The notes: a model not told the origin generated them from the letters alone. A stretch of 64,000 bases of DNA from an uncultured Candidatus Rokubacteria bacterium (GCA_963771355.1 CAVYTA010000007.1:672001-736000); one strand, 5' to 3'; positions 20,849 through 31,089 are shown, counted from the first letter of the stretch. Made by a program: numbers and translations.

Positions 20849-21022
20849 CTACTTCTCCACGTCGGGCGGGTAGTCGAAGGCGTGGTTACACGCGGGGCAA
20901 CGCGCTTTATTGGGCATGGCTTCCGTTGCCGCCGTCGTACAAATGCGCGTCCGGCCCCCGCACACGCACTCCACGGTGGCGATGTTGGTCCGTTTGTCCA
21001 GGCTGATCAGTTTCACTTTCAT
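20849..21022 (-). CDS. Small Cys-rich putative zinc-ribbon protein (57 aa)
   Basis: MKVKLISLD..CVC..CPAC; GAGG RBS. Confidence 0.5.
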   Translation of the reverse strand: MKVKLISLDKRTNIATVECVCGGRTRICTTAATEAMPNKARCPACNHAFDYPPDVEK

Positions 21023-21029
21023 GCGCACC

Positions 21030-21197
21030 TCAGCCTGACTTCCGCCGGGCCCCGCCGGGGCTGTATGGCAATGGCTTGGCCCAACATTCTCGGTGCACCC
21101 GCTGGTCGCCGACGAATGGGCACGTGAAGGCATCCGCGATAAGGCGTTCACAGACCGGGCAGATCGGCTTCCCCTGGGCGTCGAGCCGGTTCTTCAA
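21030..21197 (-). CDS. Small putative zinc-finger protein (about 55 aa)
   Basis: CPVC..VHREC motif; GGAGG before a TTG start. Confidence 0.5.
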   Translation of the reverse strand: MKNRLDAQGKPICPVCERLIADAFTCPFVGDQRVHRECWAKPLPYSPGGARRKSG

Positions 21198-21464
21198 GGG
21201 CGGGCCTCCGAGTCCGAAAGAGTGTTCCGAAGTGAACACTTTGGGGATTCCGAAAGCAAGGGCGCCTTTGCGGCTGGGACTCAGGGGCTACAGGGAGGGG
21301 CAAGGCTGATCGCGGCTACCAGTGATAGAGGTCAGTTCGTGGGACTGAACACCAACGGGTGCGAGTGTCTGCAAATACAGCGTTACAGAAGAATCTGCGG
21401 GATCGAGGCCGCGGCGAGCGGACCCGAGCTGACCCGGCGGCTGGTCGAGCGACGGCCCGTCGGC

Positions 21465-22142
21465 TCAGGCCGGCACGGGCTCGATGAGCGCCGGGCCGTC
21501 GTTGGCGGGCGACGAGACGAGGGGCGAAACCGGGTAGGCCTCCAGTCGATCGGCAGGATACGGGCGCAAGAGAGGCAGGAGATCCCGCGGGTCGACCAGC
21601 TGGCGGTCCAGCCAGCGCGCCTCCACTTCGGGGTCGAGGATCACGGGCATGCGGTCGTGGATGCGCGCGGCCAGCTCGTTGGCCGTGGTGGTCACGATGG
21701 TGCAGGTGGCGGAAACCCCGGCGTCGGGATGCGGCGCGGTATAGAGGCCCGCGAACGCGAAGAGGCCGCCGCCGCGGAGGCGCAGATACCAGGGCCGCTT
21801 GCGCTTCTGACCGGGAACCGCCTGCCACTCGTAGAAGCCGTCCGCCGGCACGAGGCAGCGCGCATGCCTGAGTCCGTCGCTGAACATGGGGCTGGTGGCC
21901 ACCGTCTCGGCGCGGGCATTGATGGGCGCCAGCTTGCCGTCCCGCGCCCAGTGCGGCCGCAGCCCCCACCGCGCCCGCAGGAGCCGGCGCCGCCCTGCCG
22001 TCGCCACGATGACGGGCACGGTGTGGGAGGGTGAGACGTTGTAGCGGGAGATCAGCTCCTCGTTGTCGGCTTCCTCCACCTCGATGCCGAACCGCCGGGC
22101 CAGCTCCTCGAAGGCCGCCGTCTCCGTGTAGCGCCCGCACAT
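21465..22142 (-). CDS. SOS response-associated peptidase (SRAP/YedK/HMCES family)
   Basis: N-terminal MCGRY; INARAET, GFYEW and IHDRMPVIL motifs. Confidence 0.93.
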   Translation of the reverse strand: MCGRYTETAAFEELARRFGIEVEEADNEELISRYNVSPSHTVPVIVATAGRRRLLRARWGLRPHWARDGKLAPINARAETVATSPMFSDGLRHARCLVPADGFYEWQAVPGQKRKRPWYLRLRGGGLFAFAGLYTAPHPDAGVSATCTIVTTTANELAARIHDRMPVILDPEVEARWLDRQLVDPRDLLPLLRPYPADRLEAYPVSPLVSSPANDGPALIEPVPA

Positions 22143-22146
22143 GGCG

Positions 22147-22903
22147 TCAGGACGGGTGGCAGCGAAGGAGGCGCGTCCGCTTGGCGAGGAGGCGGACGGT
22201 GACATAGAAGGTGAGGCCGACGGCGGCGATCACCGTCCACACCGGGTCGAGGTCGAACGCGCCCGTCTCGTGGAGGTCCTCGGCCACGTCGAGTGCGAAG
22301 GGGAGGACGAGGACGAGAGTGAGCCCGTGGTATTCGCGTCGCAGGGCCTCGCGCCAGCGCCAGGGTCGCGCGGCGGGGACGAAGTGGCCAAAGGCTGGCC
22401 AGAGGCGCGGCACGCGCTCGGCCCACTCACTTCCACGTGCGCCCGAAGCGCACACGGAGAAAGACCTCCTCGCGCCAGGCGATGAGCGCGTAGTACCCGA
22501 GGGTGAGCGCCGCGACGGCGGGCGGGAGAAGCCAGGTGTGCGGGAACAGCGCCAGCCCCATGACGATGATGGCGTTGGCGAGGTAGAGCGGGTGGCGGAC
22601 GAGAGAGTAGGGGCCCGTCGTGTTCAGGGTCTCCGCTTTCTGCTTTCGCGTATTGCGTCCGGACGTGCCCGGCGCGGCCACCCCCACCGTCCAGATCCGG
22701 AGCGCCATGCCGATCAGGGAGAGGCCCACGCAGCACGCCTCCCAGGCGAGGTCGGTGGTCTCGGTGCCGAAGGGATAGGTCGCGCGCAGGATGGCCAGGC
22801 CGACGAGGGGCAGGAGGACGAGCGGGAGGTAGCTTCGCCAGCGGAAGAGCGCGTCACCCGCGCTCAGCATCCACCGGGGCTCGCGCGCACGGACCTGAGC
22901 CAT
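22147..22903 (-). CDS. Isoprenylcysteine carboxylmethyltransferase/PEMT-like membrane protein, frameshift near 22440
   Basis: GTSGRNT, TGPYSLVRHPLY and EEVFL motifs; continues WAERVPRLWP..LRREY in a second frame. Confidence 0.75.
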
Positions 22904-22947
22904 ACCAGGTCAGCATCGCACGGGGAGTACCGCCCCTCAAGGGCGGC

Positions 22948-24912
22948 TCAGCGATTGCGAAGGAGCTCGGCGATGCGCTCTTGAAGGAGCTCGGCGGCCG
23001 ACTTGGCCGGCGTGTCCGCCGGCGCGGGCTCGGCGGGCGCGGCCTTGGTCCTCGGAGCCTCGGTCCTCGGAGGCTCGCTCCGCGGACGCTCGCTCCTCGG
23101 AGGCTCCACCCGCGCGGGCTCCACCCTCACCGCCGGGGCCGACGGCGCCGCGGCGGCCACCGCCACCGGGGGCCGCTCGGCCATCGTCGCGGCCACCGGC
23201 ATGGAGCCGAGCGCCAGGCGCAGCGGCTCGGCGGCCAGGGGCCGCGCGAAGAGATAGCCCTGGCCCCGGTCGCAGCCGAGCTCCTGGAGCTGGGCCAGCT
23301 GGTCGTCGGTCTCGATGCCCTCCGCGGTGACGGAGAGGTTGAGGCTCTTGGCCACGTCGACCACCGCGCGCACGATGGCGGTGTCCTTGGCGTTCAGGGC
23401 CACGCCCTGGACGAAGGAGCGGTCGATCTTGAGCGTGTCCACCGGGAAGCGCTTGAGGTAGCCCAGCGACGAGTAGCCGGTCCCGAAATCGTCGATGGCG
23501 AGCTGGACGCCGAGCGCCTTGAGGGCGTGCAGCGCCTCCAGCGTGGACGGCGCGTCCTGCATCACCACCGTCTCGGTGATCTCGAGCTTGAGACAGGCGG
23601 GATCCAGGTGGCTCGTCGCCAGGGCGTTCTTCACCGCCAGGACGAGCCCGGGGTCCTGGAGCTGGCGCGCGGAGAGGTTGACGCTCATGGTGAGCGGCGG
23701 CTGGTGCGGGAACTGGGCCGTCCACTCCTCGAGCTGGCGGCAGGCCTCGCTGAGCACCCAGGCGCCCACGGGGATGATGAGCCCCGTCTCTTCCATCAAT
23801 GAGATGAACTCGTCGGGCTGGAGCAGCCCGCGCTCACGGTGCTGCCAGCGCACGAGGGCTTCCACCTCGATCATGCGGCCGTCGCCCAGGTGCACGATCG
23901 GCTGGTAGTGGAGGACGAACTCGCCGCGGCTCAGCGCGCCGCGGAGATCCAGCTCGAGGTCGAACCGGTTGATGGCGGGAGCGCTGCTCGCGGCGTCGAA
24001 GACCTCGAAGCGGTTCTTCCCGTTGCCCTTGGCGCGGTACATGGCCAGGTCCGCGTCGCGCAGCAGCTCCTCCGGGGTGATGGGCCGCCGGGTGTTCAGG
24101 GCGATCCCCACGCTCATGGTCACGAACACCTCGCGTCCCTCGAGCCGGAACGGCTTCTCCAGGGACTCCGTCACGCGCTGGGCCACGCTGGTGGCTCCCT
24201 CGATGCCGTCGAGGTCTTCCAGGAGGATGGCGAACTCGTCGCCCCCGAGGCGGGCCACCGTGTCTTCGGGGCGGACGCAGCCGAGCAGCCGGCGGCTCGA
24301 CTCGACCAGCACCTGGTCGCCCATCCCGTGGCCGAGGCTGTCGTTGACCACCTTGAACCGGTCGAGGTCCAGGAACAGCACCGCCACGTGCTGTGCGCGT
24401 CGCTCGGTGCGGGTGAGGGCATGCGCCAGGCGATCCATGAACAGCGCGCGGTTGGGCAGGCCGGTGAGGGCATCCTGGAAGGCTTGGCGGGTGAGCTGGT
24501 CGAGCTGCTTGGGGAAGTTGTTGATCTCCTGCGATTGCTGCTCGATCGTGCTCATCATCTTCGTGAAGGAGGCCATGAGCGTCCCGATCTCGTCGGTCCG
24601 CTCCACCGCGGTGACGTCGCCGGGCTTGGCCTCGACCACCATGTTCGCCGCGCGAGTCAGCGCGCTGCCGATGTCATAGATGATGAAGCCGCCGCCCGCC
24701 ATGAGCAACGCCATGAAGATGAGCATCACGGACACCGCGAAGAGGTCCTGCGTATGCTGGACGCGGTCCAGCAGGGGCATGAAGTACGTGTAGAAGACGT
24801 AGGCCAGGATGAGGAGCGGGATGAGGGAGGACAGGACCAGCGCCAGCCCCATCTTGTGACGGACCTGCTTCCCGCTGAACGCGATTTCCCGCTGGATGCG
24901 ATTGCTGCCCAT
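22948..24912 (-). CDS. Membrane-anchored HAMP-like GGDEF-EAL diguanylate cyclase/phosphodiesterase
   Basis: Two TM segments; DALTGLPNR, GGDEF, EAL and DDFGTGYSS motifs; Pro/Ala-rich tail. Confidence 0.93.
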   Translation of the reverse strand: MGSNRIQREIAFSGKQVRHKMGLALVLSSLIPLLILAYVFYTYFMPLLDRVQHTQDLFAVSVMLIFMALLMAGGGFIIYDIGSALTRAANMVVEAKPGDVTAVERTDEIGTLMASFTKMMSTIEQQSQEINNFPKQLDQLTRQAFQDALTGLPNRALFMDRLAHALTRTERRAQHVAVLFLDLDRFKVVNDSLGHGMGDQVLVESSRRLLGCVRPEDTVARLGGDEFAILLEDLDGIEGATSVAQRVTESLEKPFRLEGREVFVTMSVGIALNTRRPITPEELLRDADLAMYRAKGNGKNRFEVFDAASSAPAINRFDLELDLRGALSRGEFVLHYQPIVHLGDGRMIEVEALVRWQHRERGLLQPDEFISLMEETGLIIPVGAWVLSEACRQLEEWTAQFPHQPPLTMSVNLSARQLQDPGLVLAVKNALATSHLDPACLKLEITETVVMQDAPSTLEALHALKALGVQLAIDDFGTGYSSLGYLKRFPVDTLKIDRSFVQGVALNAKDTAIVRAVVDVAKSLNLSVTAEGIETDDQLAQLQELGCDRGQGYLFARPLAAEPLRLALGSMPVAATMAERPPVAVAAAAPSAPAVRVEPARVEPPRSERPRSEPPRTEAPRTKAAPAEPAPADTPAKSAAELLQERIAELLRNR

Positions 24913-25162
24913 GGGCTCGGCAAAGACCTCCGGGAGATGTGTAGAGCAACCAGGGTGCCAGATCCCCGGCGATGCCCGCGTTTACAGAAAAACTAATAGG
25001 TTAAGCGCCGGTCCGGCCCCCTCCACTCCCAGGGGGACCCCCTTCGGACACGTAAGAACGCTACAAATTTCGGCCCCCCGGGGCGCTCCGTGTCACGGAT
25101 CGCGTATACTCGCGGGCAAGCCACCATAGCCCCTGCATTCTTGCCCAAGAGAGGAGCCATCC

Positions 25163-26350
25163 ATGAGGGAAGCTGTCGTCGTCGCCAGCTCGCGCACCCC
25201 GCTCGCGAAGTCCTTCCGCGGATCGTTCAACCTGACCCGGCCGGACGACCTCGCCGCCCACTGTATCAAGGATGTGCTCGGCAAGGCCCCCCGTCTCGAT
25301 CCCAAGGAGGTCGAGGACGTGATTCTGGGCTGTGGCCAGCCACACGGCTCCCAGGGCCATAACATCGCCCGGGTGTCCGCCCTGCGGGCCGGCCTCGCCT
25401 CGTCGGTGGCGGGTACCACCGTGAATCGGTTCTGCTCCTCGGGGCTCCAGGCCATCGCCATGGCCGCCCATCACATCATGAACGACGGCGCGGAGGCGGC
25501 CATCGGGGGCGGGGTGGAGAGTATCACCATGCTCAAGCGCGACTCCGATCCCAACCCGTGGGTGAAGGAGCACTGGCCCGGCACCTACATGGTGATGGGC
25601 GAGACCGCGGAAGTGGTGGCCAAGCGCTACAAGGTCGGCCGCGAGGCGCAGGACCAGTACTCGCTGGAGAGCCAGAAGCGGACCGCGCGGGCCCAGCAGG
25701 AGGGCTTCTTCAAGGAAGAGCTGGCCCCGATGCAGGTGGTGCGCGGCGTGCTCGACAAGAAGACGGGCGAGATCGCGAGCAAGGAGGACTACTACGTCGA
25801 TAAGGACGAGTGCAACCGGGCCGACACCACGCTGGAAGGCCTGCTCGGGCTGCCGCCGGTCTTCGACAAGACCAGCGGGCAGGGGACGGTGACGGCGGGC
25901 AACTCCTCCCAGCTCTCCGACGGCGCCTCCGCCACGCTCCTGATGTCCCTGGACCGCGCGAAGGCCCTCGGCGTGACTCCCAAGCTCATCTTCCGCGGCT
26001 TCGCGGTGGCGGGCTGCGATCCGGACGAGATGGGAATCGGCCCCGTGTTCGCGGTGCCGAAGCTGCTCCAGCGGCACGGCCTCAAGGTCTCGGACGTCGA
26101 CGTGTGGGAGCTCAACGAGGCCTTCGCGGTCCAGGTGCTCTACTGCCGGGATCGGCTCGGCATCGACCCCGCCAAGCTCAACGTCAACGGGGGCTCGGTG
26201 TCCATCGGCCACCCCTTCGGCATGACGGGCTCGCGCATGGTGGGCACGCTCGCCAACGAGATGCTCCGCCGCAAGGCCAAGTATGGGGTGGTGACGATGT
26301 GCGTGGGCGGTGGGCAGGGGGCGGCGGGGCTGTTCGAGGCCTGCGTCTAG
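25163..26350 (+). CDS. Acetyl-CoA C-acyltransferase (thiolase)
   Basis: NRFCSSG, NEAFA, GHPFG and CVGGGQG motifs. Confidence 0.95.
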   Translation: MREAVVVASSRTPLAKSFRGSFNLTRPDDLAAHCIKDVLGKAPRLDPKEVEDVILGCGQPHGSQGHNIARVSALRAGLASSVAGTTVNRFCSSGLQAIAMAAHHIMNDGAEAAIGGGVESITMLKRDSDPNPWVKEHWPGTYMVMGETAEVVAKRYKVGREAQDQYSLESQKRTARAQQEGFFKEELAPMQVVRGVLDKKTGEIASKEDYYVDKDECNRADTTLEGLLGLPPVFDKTSGQGTVTAGNSSQLSDGASATLLMSLDRAKALGVTPKLIFRGFAVAGCDPDEMGIGPVFAVPKLLQRHGLKVSDVDVWELNEAFAVQVLYCRDRLGIDPAKLNVNGGSVSIGHPFGMTGSRMVGTLANEMLRRKAKYGVVTMCVGGGQGAAGLFEACV

Positions 26351-26377
26351 ACTCTCCCGCGGCGCCAAGACTGCGAA

Positions 26378-26422
26378 CCGGGGTCCCGGGTTTCACGCCC
26401 GGGGCCCCGGGTTGTTTTTGTT
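26378..26422 (+). terminator. Rho-independent terminator after thiolase
   Basis: 13-bp GC stem CCGGGGTCCCGGG/CCCGGGGCCCCGG with 7-nt loop, followed by GTTGTTTTTGTT. Confidence 0.8.
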
Positions 26423-26431
26423 GCGGGCGAC

Positions 26432-26767
26432 CTAGCGGAGCTGCCGGGCGAGGTAGGCGTCGAGCGAGGCGGGGTCGTTACCGCGCGTGCGCGACGTCAC
26501 CAGCCACGACTCCCCGTCGAAGTGGGCGTGGCACCAGACCTCGTTGAAAATCTGGATCCGGTCCATCGGCTTGAGCGGGTGCGTATAGAAGCGGATCGGC
26601 GAGTCCACCGGCACGTGTCCCCACGCATGCCGGACGAGCACGCGCTCGTAAGCGTGGACGCTCTCGGACGTGAGAGTGATTTCCTTCGTCCGTCCGAATC
26701 CATCGGTCAGCCGCTTGTTCCCTGACATGATCTTCCCCGGCGTATCGAGATTCAGGTTGAGTTTCAT
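26432..26767 (-). CDS. Hypothetical protein (111 aa)
   Basis: AAGGAG RBS; protein-like composition; no recognised domain. Confidence 0.65.
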   Translation of the reverse strand: MKLNLNLDTPGKIMSGNKRLTDGFGRTKEITLTSESVHAYERVLVRHAWGHVPVDSPIRFYTHPLKPMDRIQIFNEVWCHAHFDGESWLVTSRTRGNDPASLDAYLARQLR

Positions 26768-27006
26768 CGCTAGATCTCCTTGCCGGGGACAGATAGCAAG
26801 CTCCGCGCCACCCCGCCAGCCAAACGAATTCGCTCAGTTGCGGGACACACGCGCGCTGCCCATCTACAATTCTCAAGGACGGCGGCGCTCCGGCCTCGAA
26901 GCTCGCAAGAGCAGGGGCCGCTCAACGGCGGGCGCCGTTGCGGTTGTCACGTTCCGCCAGCGTCTGCTACGATGCTCCCGTCCGCACGTCGGTACGCGCG
27001 CCCAGG

Positions 27007-27085
27007 GACCCCGTCGTCTAGCCTGGCCAAGGACGCGACCCTTTCAAGGTCGAGATCGCGGGTTCGAATCCCGCCGGGGTCACCA
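27007..27085 (+). tRNA. tRNA-Glu(UUC)
   Basis: Acceptor GACCCCG/CGGGGTC, anticodon arm CGACC-CTTTCAA-GGTCG, T arm GCGGG-TTCGAAT-CCCGC, encoded CCA. Confidence 0.97.
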
Positions 27086-27737
27086 CCGCAGTTGGTACGA
27101 CCTTCCCGGGCAGGAGCGGCTCCCAAGAGCCCTGCCCGGTGAAGCGATAGCCACGGCGTCCATCCTTCTCGAAGGCCTCGCACGTTAGGCGTCCCACTAT
27201 CAATTTCCGTAGGATCTGGCGCGTTTGCGGCACATGCCGGCCGAGCAGACCCTTAACGTCAGAGGCGCGCGCAACGAGTTCTCGTTCTAGCTGTTTACCG
27301 TCGAGTAAGGCGACCTTCGCGGCCTGCTGAAGTGCCTCCAACTCGCCGATGAGGGTCTTCTTCCTTGTGTCTTCAGTCTTCAGCCTCGAGAAAAGAGATT
27401 CGTTGCGCTCACCCCTGGCGACGGCATCCACCAGGTTGCCAATGTGTGTTTCGAGAAGAGATAGCTCACGCTCGATGGCGGCTCGTCGATCCTGGAAGCG
27501 GTCCTGACCGCCTCTCAGCCGTTGCAGAGCTTTCTCGACCGCCCGAGCCAAGATCCGTTCGTCCAAGGCATCAGCGATCGCCTGGAGTACCACCTGATCA
27601 AGACCCTCCTGATGGATCAGGAGGGAGTTCTGGCAGATTGTCCGCCCACGCTTGTGGTAACGGTCGCAGCCATAGAGCGCCTTGCGCCCGCGCTTGAAGT
27701 CCCTGGTGATCCCGACCAAGGCTCCCAGCAAGTACAA
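27018..27737 (-). pseudogene. Large serine recombinase C-terminal half (zinc ribbon and coiled coil), 5' truncated, reading through att into antisense tRNA
   Basis: YGCDRYHKRGRTICQN zinc-ribbon part, coiled coil, GYRFTG..VVTPAGFEPA. Confidence 0.8.
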
Positions 27738-27953
27738 GCGCTGACCCGCCGCGAAGCGCTACCGGCACTCGCCGGCCGGTGACACGGAACGTCGGGCCCT
27801 CGACGGCCGGCATCCAAGAATCGACACGTTCTCTGTCGATCGACTGAGCGCGCCGCGTTCTTTTCAGCCATTTAGACGCCGCCGCCGGTGGCACCAAGGT
27901 TGCTCCTCTGACGTGAGGGTTTCCGTGCCTGGACCACGGGCAGGAGAGAGGGG

Positions 27954-28169
27954 ATGACGATGGACGGCGAGATCAAGCGAGAGGCGGCGTTCGCGGGGCA
28001 GCGGGTCAAGCAGAAGGTCGTCTTCGCCCGCGCCCTCTGCTCGGTCATCCCGCTCCTCGTCCTGGCCTACGTGTTTTACGGCAACCTCGTGCTGTGCCGT
28101 CGGCTCCTGGGACGGCCGGTCTGGGATTTCTCATCGGGTGACACGCGTGCCACCGTGGCAGCCGCCTAG
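27954..28169 (+). pseudogene. N-terminal stump paralogous to the GGDEF-EAL protein at 22948-24912
   Basis: IKREAAFAGQRVKQKVVFARALCSVIPLLVLAYVFY vs IQREIAFSGKQVRHKMGLALVLSSLIPLLILAYVFY. Confidence 0.65.
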
Positions 28170-28273
28170 CGCGGCGCGTCGAAGTAAACACGGTGATCTT
28201 TATCGCAATGTGCTGTGGCAAGAACTTGTTGCGCTACCGCGATCGATTCGACAGTAGTAGAGGAGGTCCCGAA

Positions 28274-30331
28274 ATGGCCACGCAGTCCTTGTTGCGGTCT
28301 TCCCGAAGTGCCTTCGCCGCATTGGCAGTGCTTCTCGTCGTTACGGTACTGCCGCTGCACGTCCCGGCTGTTGAAGGGGCGGAGCCCGTCGTTCCTGCTC
28401 AAGGTTCTGCTGATGGCACGCCCTCACCGACTTCAAGAGGTCACGGGCGCGGTGTGATCCGCACGGTAGGAGCGGCTCGCACCGCGAGCCGCCACATCCT
28501 CGTGCAGCTGCATCCGCGCACCGACGAGATGCGGTTCATGCAGGACGCCCACGCCCAAGGCTTGCGCCGGCTGAGCCGTGTGTATGGCACGACGTGGCTC
28601 AGGATGGCTGTCCCGGCGGGAGCCAATCCCGCCCAGGCAGCGGCGGCGGCCCGAACGCTGCCGGGCGTGTTGCGAGCCACGCTGGACTCTGTGGTGACGA
28701 TCAACGACCAGATTCCTCCTCGAGATCCGATCTACAAGAATGACGACGATCCCTCCACGAAGCCATGCGACCCGCTCCTCGAGATCTGTGACCCCTGGAC
28801 GTTGGTCGACCAGTGGGGTCTCTTCAAGGTTGAAGCAGAGACTGGATGGGTCGTCCAACGCGGCGGGCCGGGCGTCGTCATCGCCATCCTCGACAGCGGA
28901 ATCGACCTCGACCATGACGATCTGTGGGCGAAGCTCTGGACGAATCCGGGCGAGGTTCCCGGTAACGGGATCGACGATGATGGCAATGGCCTTGTCGATG
29001 ACGTGCACGGGGCCGATTTCGCCGGCAGCAATGTCGGCGGTCTGTTCGATGACCCTGGCTCCCAGGATGGGAATCCGGATGTTCCGATGGGAGGCGCGTG
29101 GGTCGTGGACCCGACGGCGACGTTCGGGATTCGTTTCGTCGGCGATGCGGCCGCAGGCGACGGGGACGACAACAACCTCGACGGGTTGATTGATATCGGC
29201 GTCACTCACGGAACATTCGTGGCGGGGATTGCCGGTGCCATGACCGACAATGTCAATCCCCAAACGCTTCAGGCCGAAGGCATGGCTGGTGCCTGCTGGC
29301 ACTGTAAGCTGATGCCGGTGCGCATGATCAATGCCGAGGGCTGGGCTTTCGGCTCGGATGCAGCCTCGGCAATCTATTACGCGGCGAACATGGGCGCCCA
29401 TGTCATCAACATCAGCTGGGGCATCGACCTCAGCGGGGCCGATCCGTCCGAGGTGGAGGCGATCCAGGTCATAGCTGACGCCATCGATTTCGCCGCAAGC
29501 CGCGGGGTGATCGTGGTGGCGGCAGCGGGAAACAGCGGCACGGCCGGCCTGCACTTTCCCGCCATCATGAAGAATACGATTGCGGTGGGAAGCTCCAACT
29601 GGCTCGATCGACGTTCTGCCTTCTCCAGTCACGCCGTTCCGGCCGAGATTCCCGATAACGGTCTCGATGATGATGGGAACGGCTGGGTGGATGACGTGCT
29701 CGATGTCGTCGCTCCCGGAGAGCTGATCTGGAGCACTGCCGTCTTGAGCGCGTACGACTCGCTGCTTTACGAACTGCTCGGTCTACCGGGGCTGGAGCCG
29801 GGGACGGACACGTATGGAGCGGCGGATGGCACGTCGTTCTCCACCCCGCTCGTGTCGGGTTACGTGGGGCTCCTCCTCTCACAGAATCCGGGAGCGACGC
29901 TGCGCCAAGTGCGGCAGGCCATCCGCGCGAACGCCCGGGACCTCCTCGACCCGCAGGGCGTTGGGGCTTCGCTGGTGGGATACGATGCCTACTCCGGTTT
30001 CGGGCGGCTCCGCATGGTCGTGACCACGCTGACCCCGGAGCCGAACGCGCCTCCTGTTGCGAATGCCGGCCCCGATCAAGCTGTCTTCGTCAAGGGCAAG
30101 GCGGTGGCCTCAACGGTGACGCTCGATGCTTCGGGCTCGCATGACCCGGATGGCACGCTTGTCTCTTACCAGTGGCTTGAGAACGGCGCTCAGATCGCTA
30201 CGGGGAAAACGGCAGCAGTGAGCCTCGGGATCGGCTCTCACACGATCACGTTGCGAGTGACCGACGACGATCAGGCAAGCAGTGAAGATCAGTTGACCGT
30301 TGATGTCAACAAGCGCGGTGGGAGGAAATAA
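28274..30331 (+). CDS. Secreted subtilisin-like S8 serine peptidase with C-terminal PKD-like domain
   Basis: Signal peptide; triad ILDSG, HGTFVAG, GTSFS; oxyanion AAGN; DDDGNG Ca-binding repeats; LDASGSHDPDG..SYQW. Confidence 0.92.
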   Translation: MATQSLLRSSRSAFAALAVLLVVTVLPLHVPAVEGAEPVVPAQGSADGTPSPTSRGHGRGVIRTVGAARTASRHILVQLHPRTDEMRFMQDAHAQGLRRLSRVYGTTWLRMAVPAGANPAQAAAAARTLPGVLRATLDSVVTINDQIPPRDPIYKNDDDPSTKPCDPLLEICDPWTLVDQWGLFKVEAETGWVVQRGGPGVVIAILDSGIDLDHDDLWAKLWTNPGEVPGNGIDDDGNGLVDDVHGADFAGSNVGGLFDDPGSQDGNPDVPMGGAWVVDPTATFGIRFVGDAAAGDGDDNNLDGLIDIGVTHGTFVAGIAGAMTDNVNPQTLQAEGMAGACWHCKLMPVRMINAEGWAFGSDAASAIYYAANMGAHVINISWGIDLSGADPSEVEAIQVIADAIDFAASRGVIVVAAAGNSGTAGLHFPAIMKNTIAVGSSNWLDRRSAFSSHAVPAEIPDNGLDDDGNGWVDDVLDVVAPGELIWSTAVLSAYDSLLYELLGLPGLEPGTDTYGAADGTSFSTPLVSGYVGLLLSQNPGATLRQVRQAIRANARDLLDPQGVGASLVGYDAYSGFGRLRMVVTTLTPEPNAPPVANAGPDQAVFVKGKAVASTVTLDASGSHDPDGTLVSYQWLENGAQIATGKTAAVSLGIGSHTITLRVTDDDQASSEDQLTVDVNKRGGRK

Positions 30332-30369
30332 GGATCCAAGGCTCGAGGCCTTGACGGCTCACCGATCAC

Positions 30370-30570
30370 GACCGCCTGACGCCGACTTCTGTCCGGAGCG
30401 CGGCGCGAAGCTCGCGGTTGGCTGCGTCGGGTGTGGACCACGACCACGAACGTTGCCCGACACAAGTTCTGCAAGAAGTGCGGCAAACCTTTGGGCAACG
30501 CCGTCGACGCGGGGCGGGCTCCCGGGACGTCGCCATCGCTAGAGGGGTATGTCCCCAAGCAGGAGCAACA
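30370..30570 (+). pseudogene. Double zinc ribbon stump of an adenylate cyclase-type gene
   Basis: DADFCPERG..CVGCG and HKFCKKCGKPL..YVPK, resembling the N-termini of the cyclases at 11144 and 33521. Confidence 0.55.
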
Positions 30571-30876
30571 GACGAATGGATCTCCAATGCAGAAGATCTA
30601 CGAGGTGCTCAGGGAACTTCAGCGGGGCATGTTTTAGTGGCGTGCTGTGTTCGAGGTGGCGGTGCGCAGAAAGCTGCTGAGACATTTGGTGAAAACGTGG
30701 CCGTGACTGAAACACGGATTCCATCCGGATCTCGAAGCTGAACTCGAGGGACCTGTTCGCCTGCAAGTGGTTGCGGGCCCCCGCAACCATGCAAACTGAC
30801 CGACTACTGCCGAGACGCCCGCGTAGCTGGTTTGCTGACGATCACATAGCCCATTGGGGAAGGGACCTCGTGGCGC

Positions 30877-31089
30877 TCAGGCCGCGAGCGCGACGCCTTC
30901 GATGCAAAACGTTAGCGATGCGTTCCAACCCTCGGAATAACCCCCCGGGGTCACCACCTTATTAGCAGCGGGTGTCGCCAAGATGAGCCGCTCGATTCCA
31001 GCCTGCCCCGTGAAACGGTAACACCGGCCGGCGTCATCTTCCTCCGGCATGAGGATGATTCGTCCCTTAACAGGCGCATCACGCAGCAT
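30877..31089 (-). pseudogene. Serine recombinase 3' fragment spanning the second att core
   Basis: GRIILMPE..YRFTGQ..VVTPGGYSEGWNASLTFCIEGVALAA*. Confidence 0.75.

Noticed and set aside
23040..23130. Repeat element in the GGDEF-EAL 3' end
   Set aside because: Low-complexity coding repeats (EPPR/EAPR) in a disordered tail.
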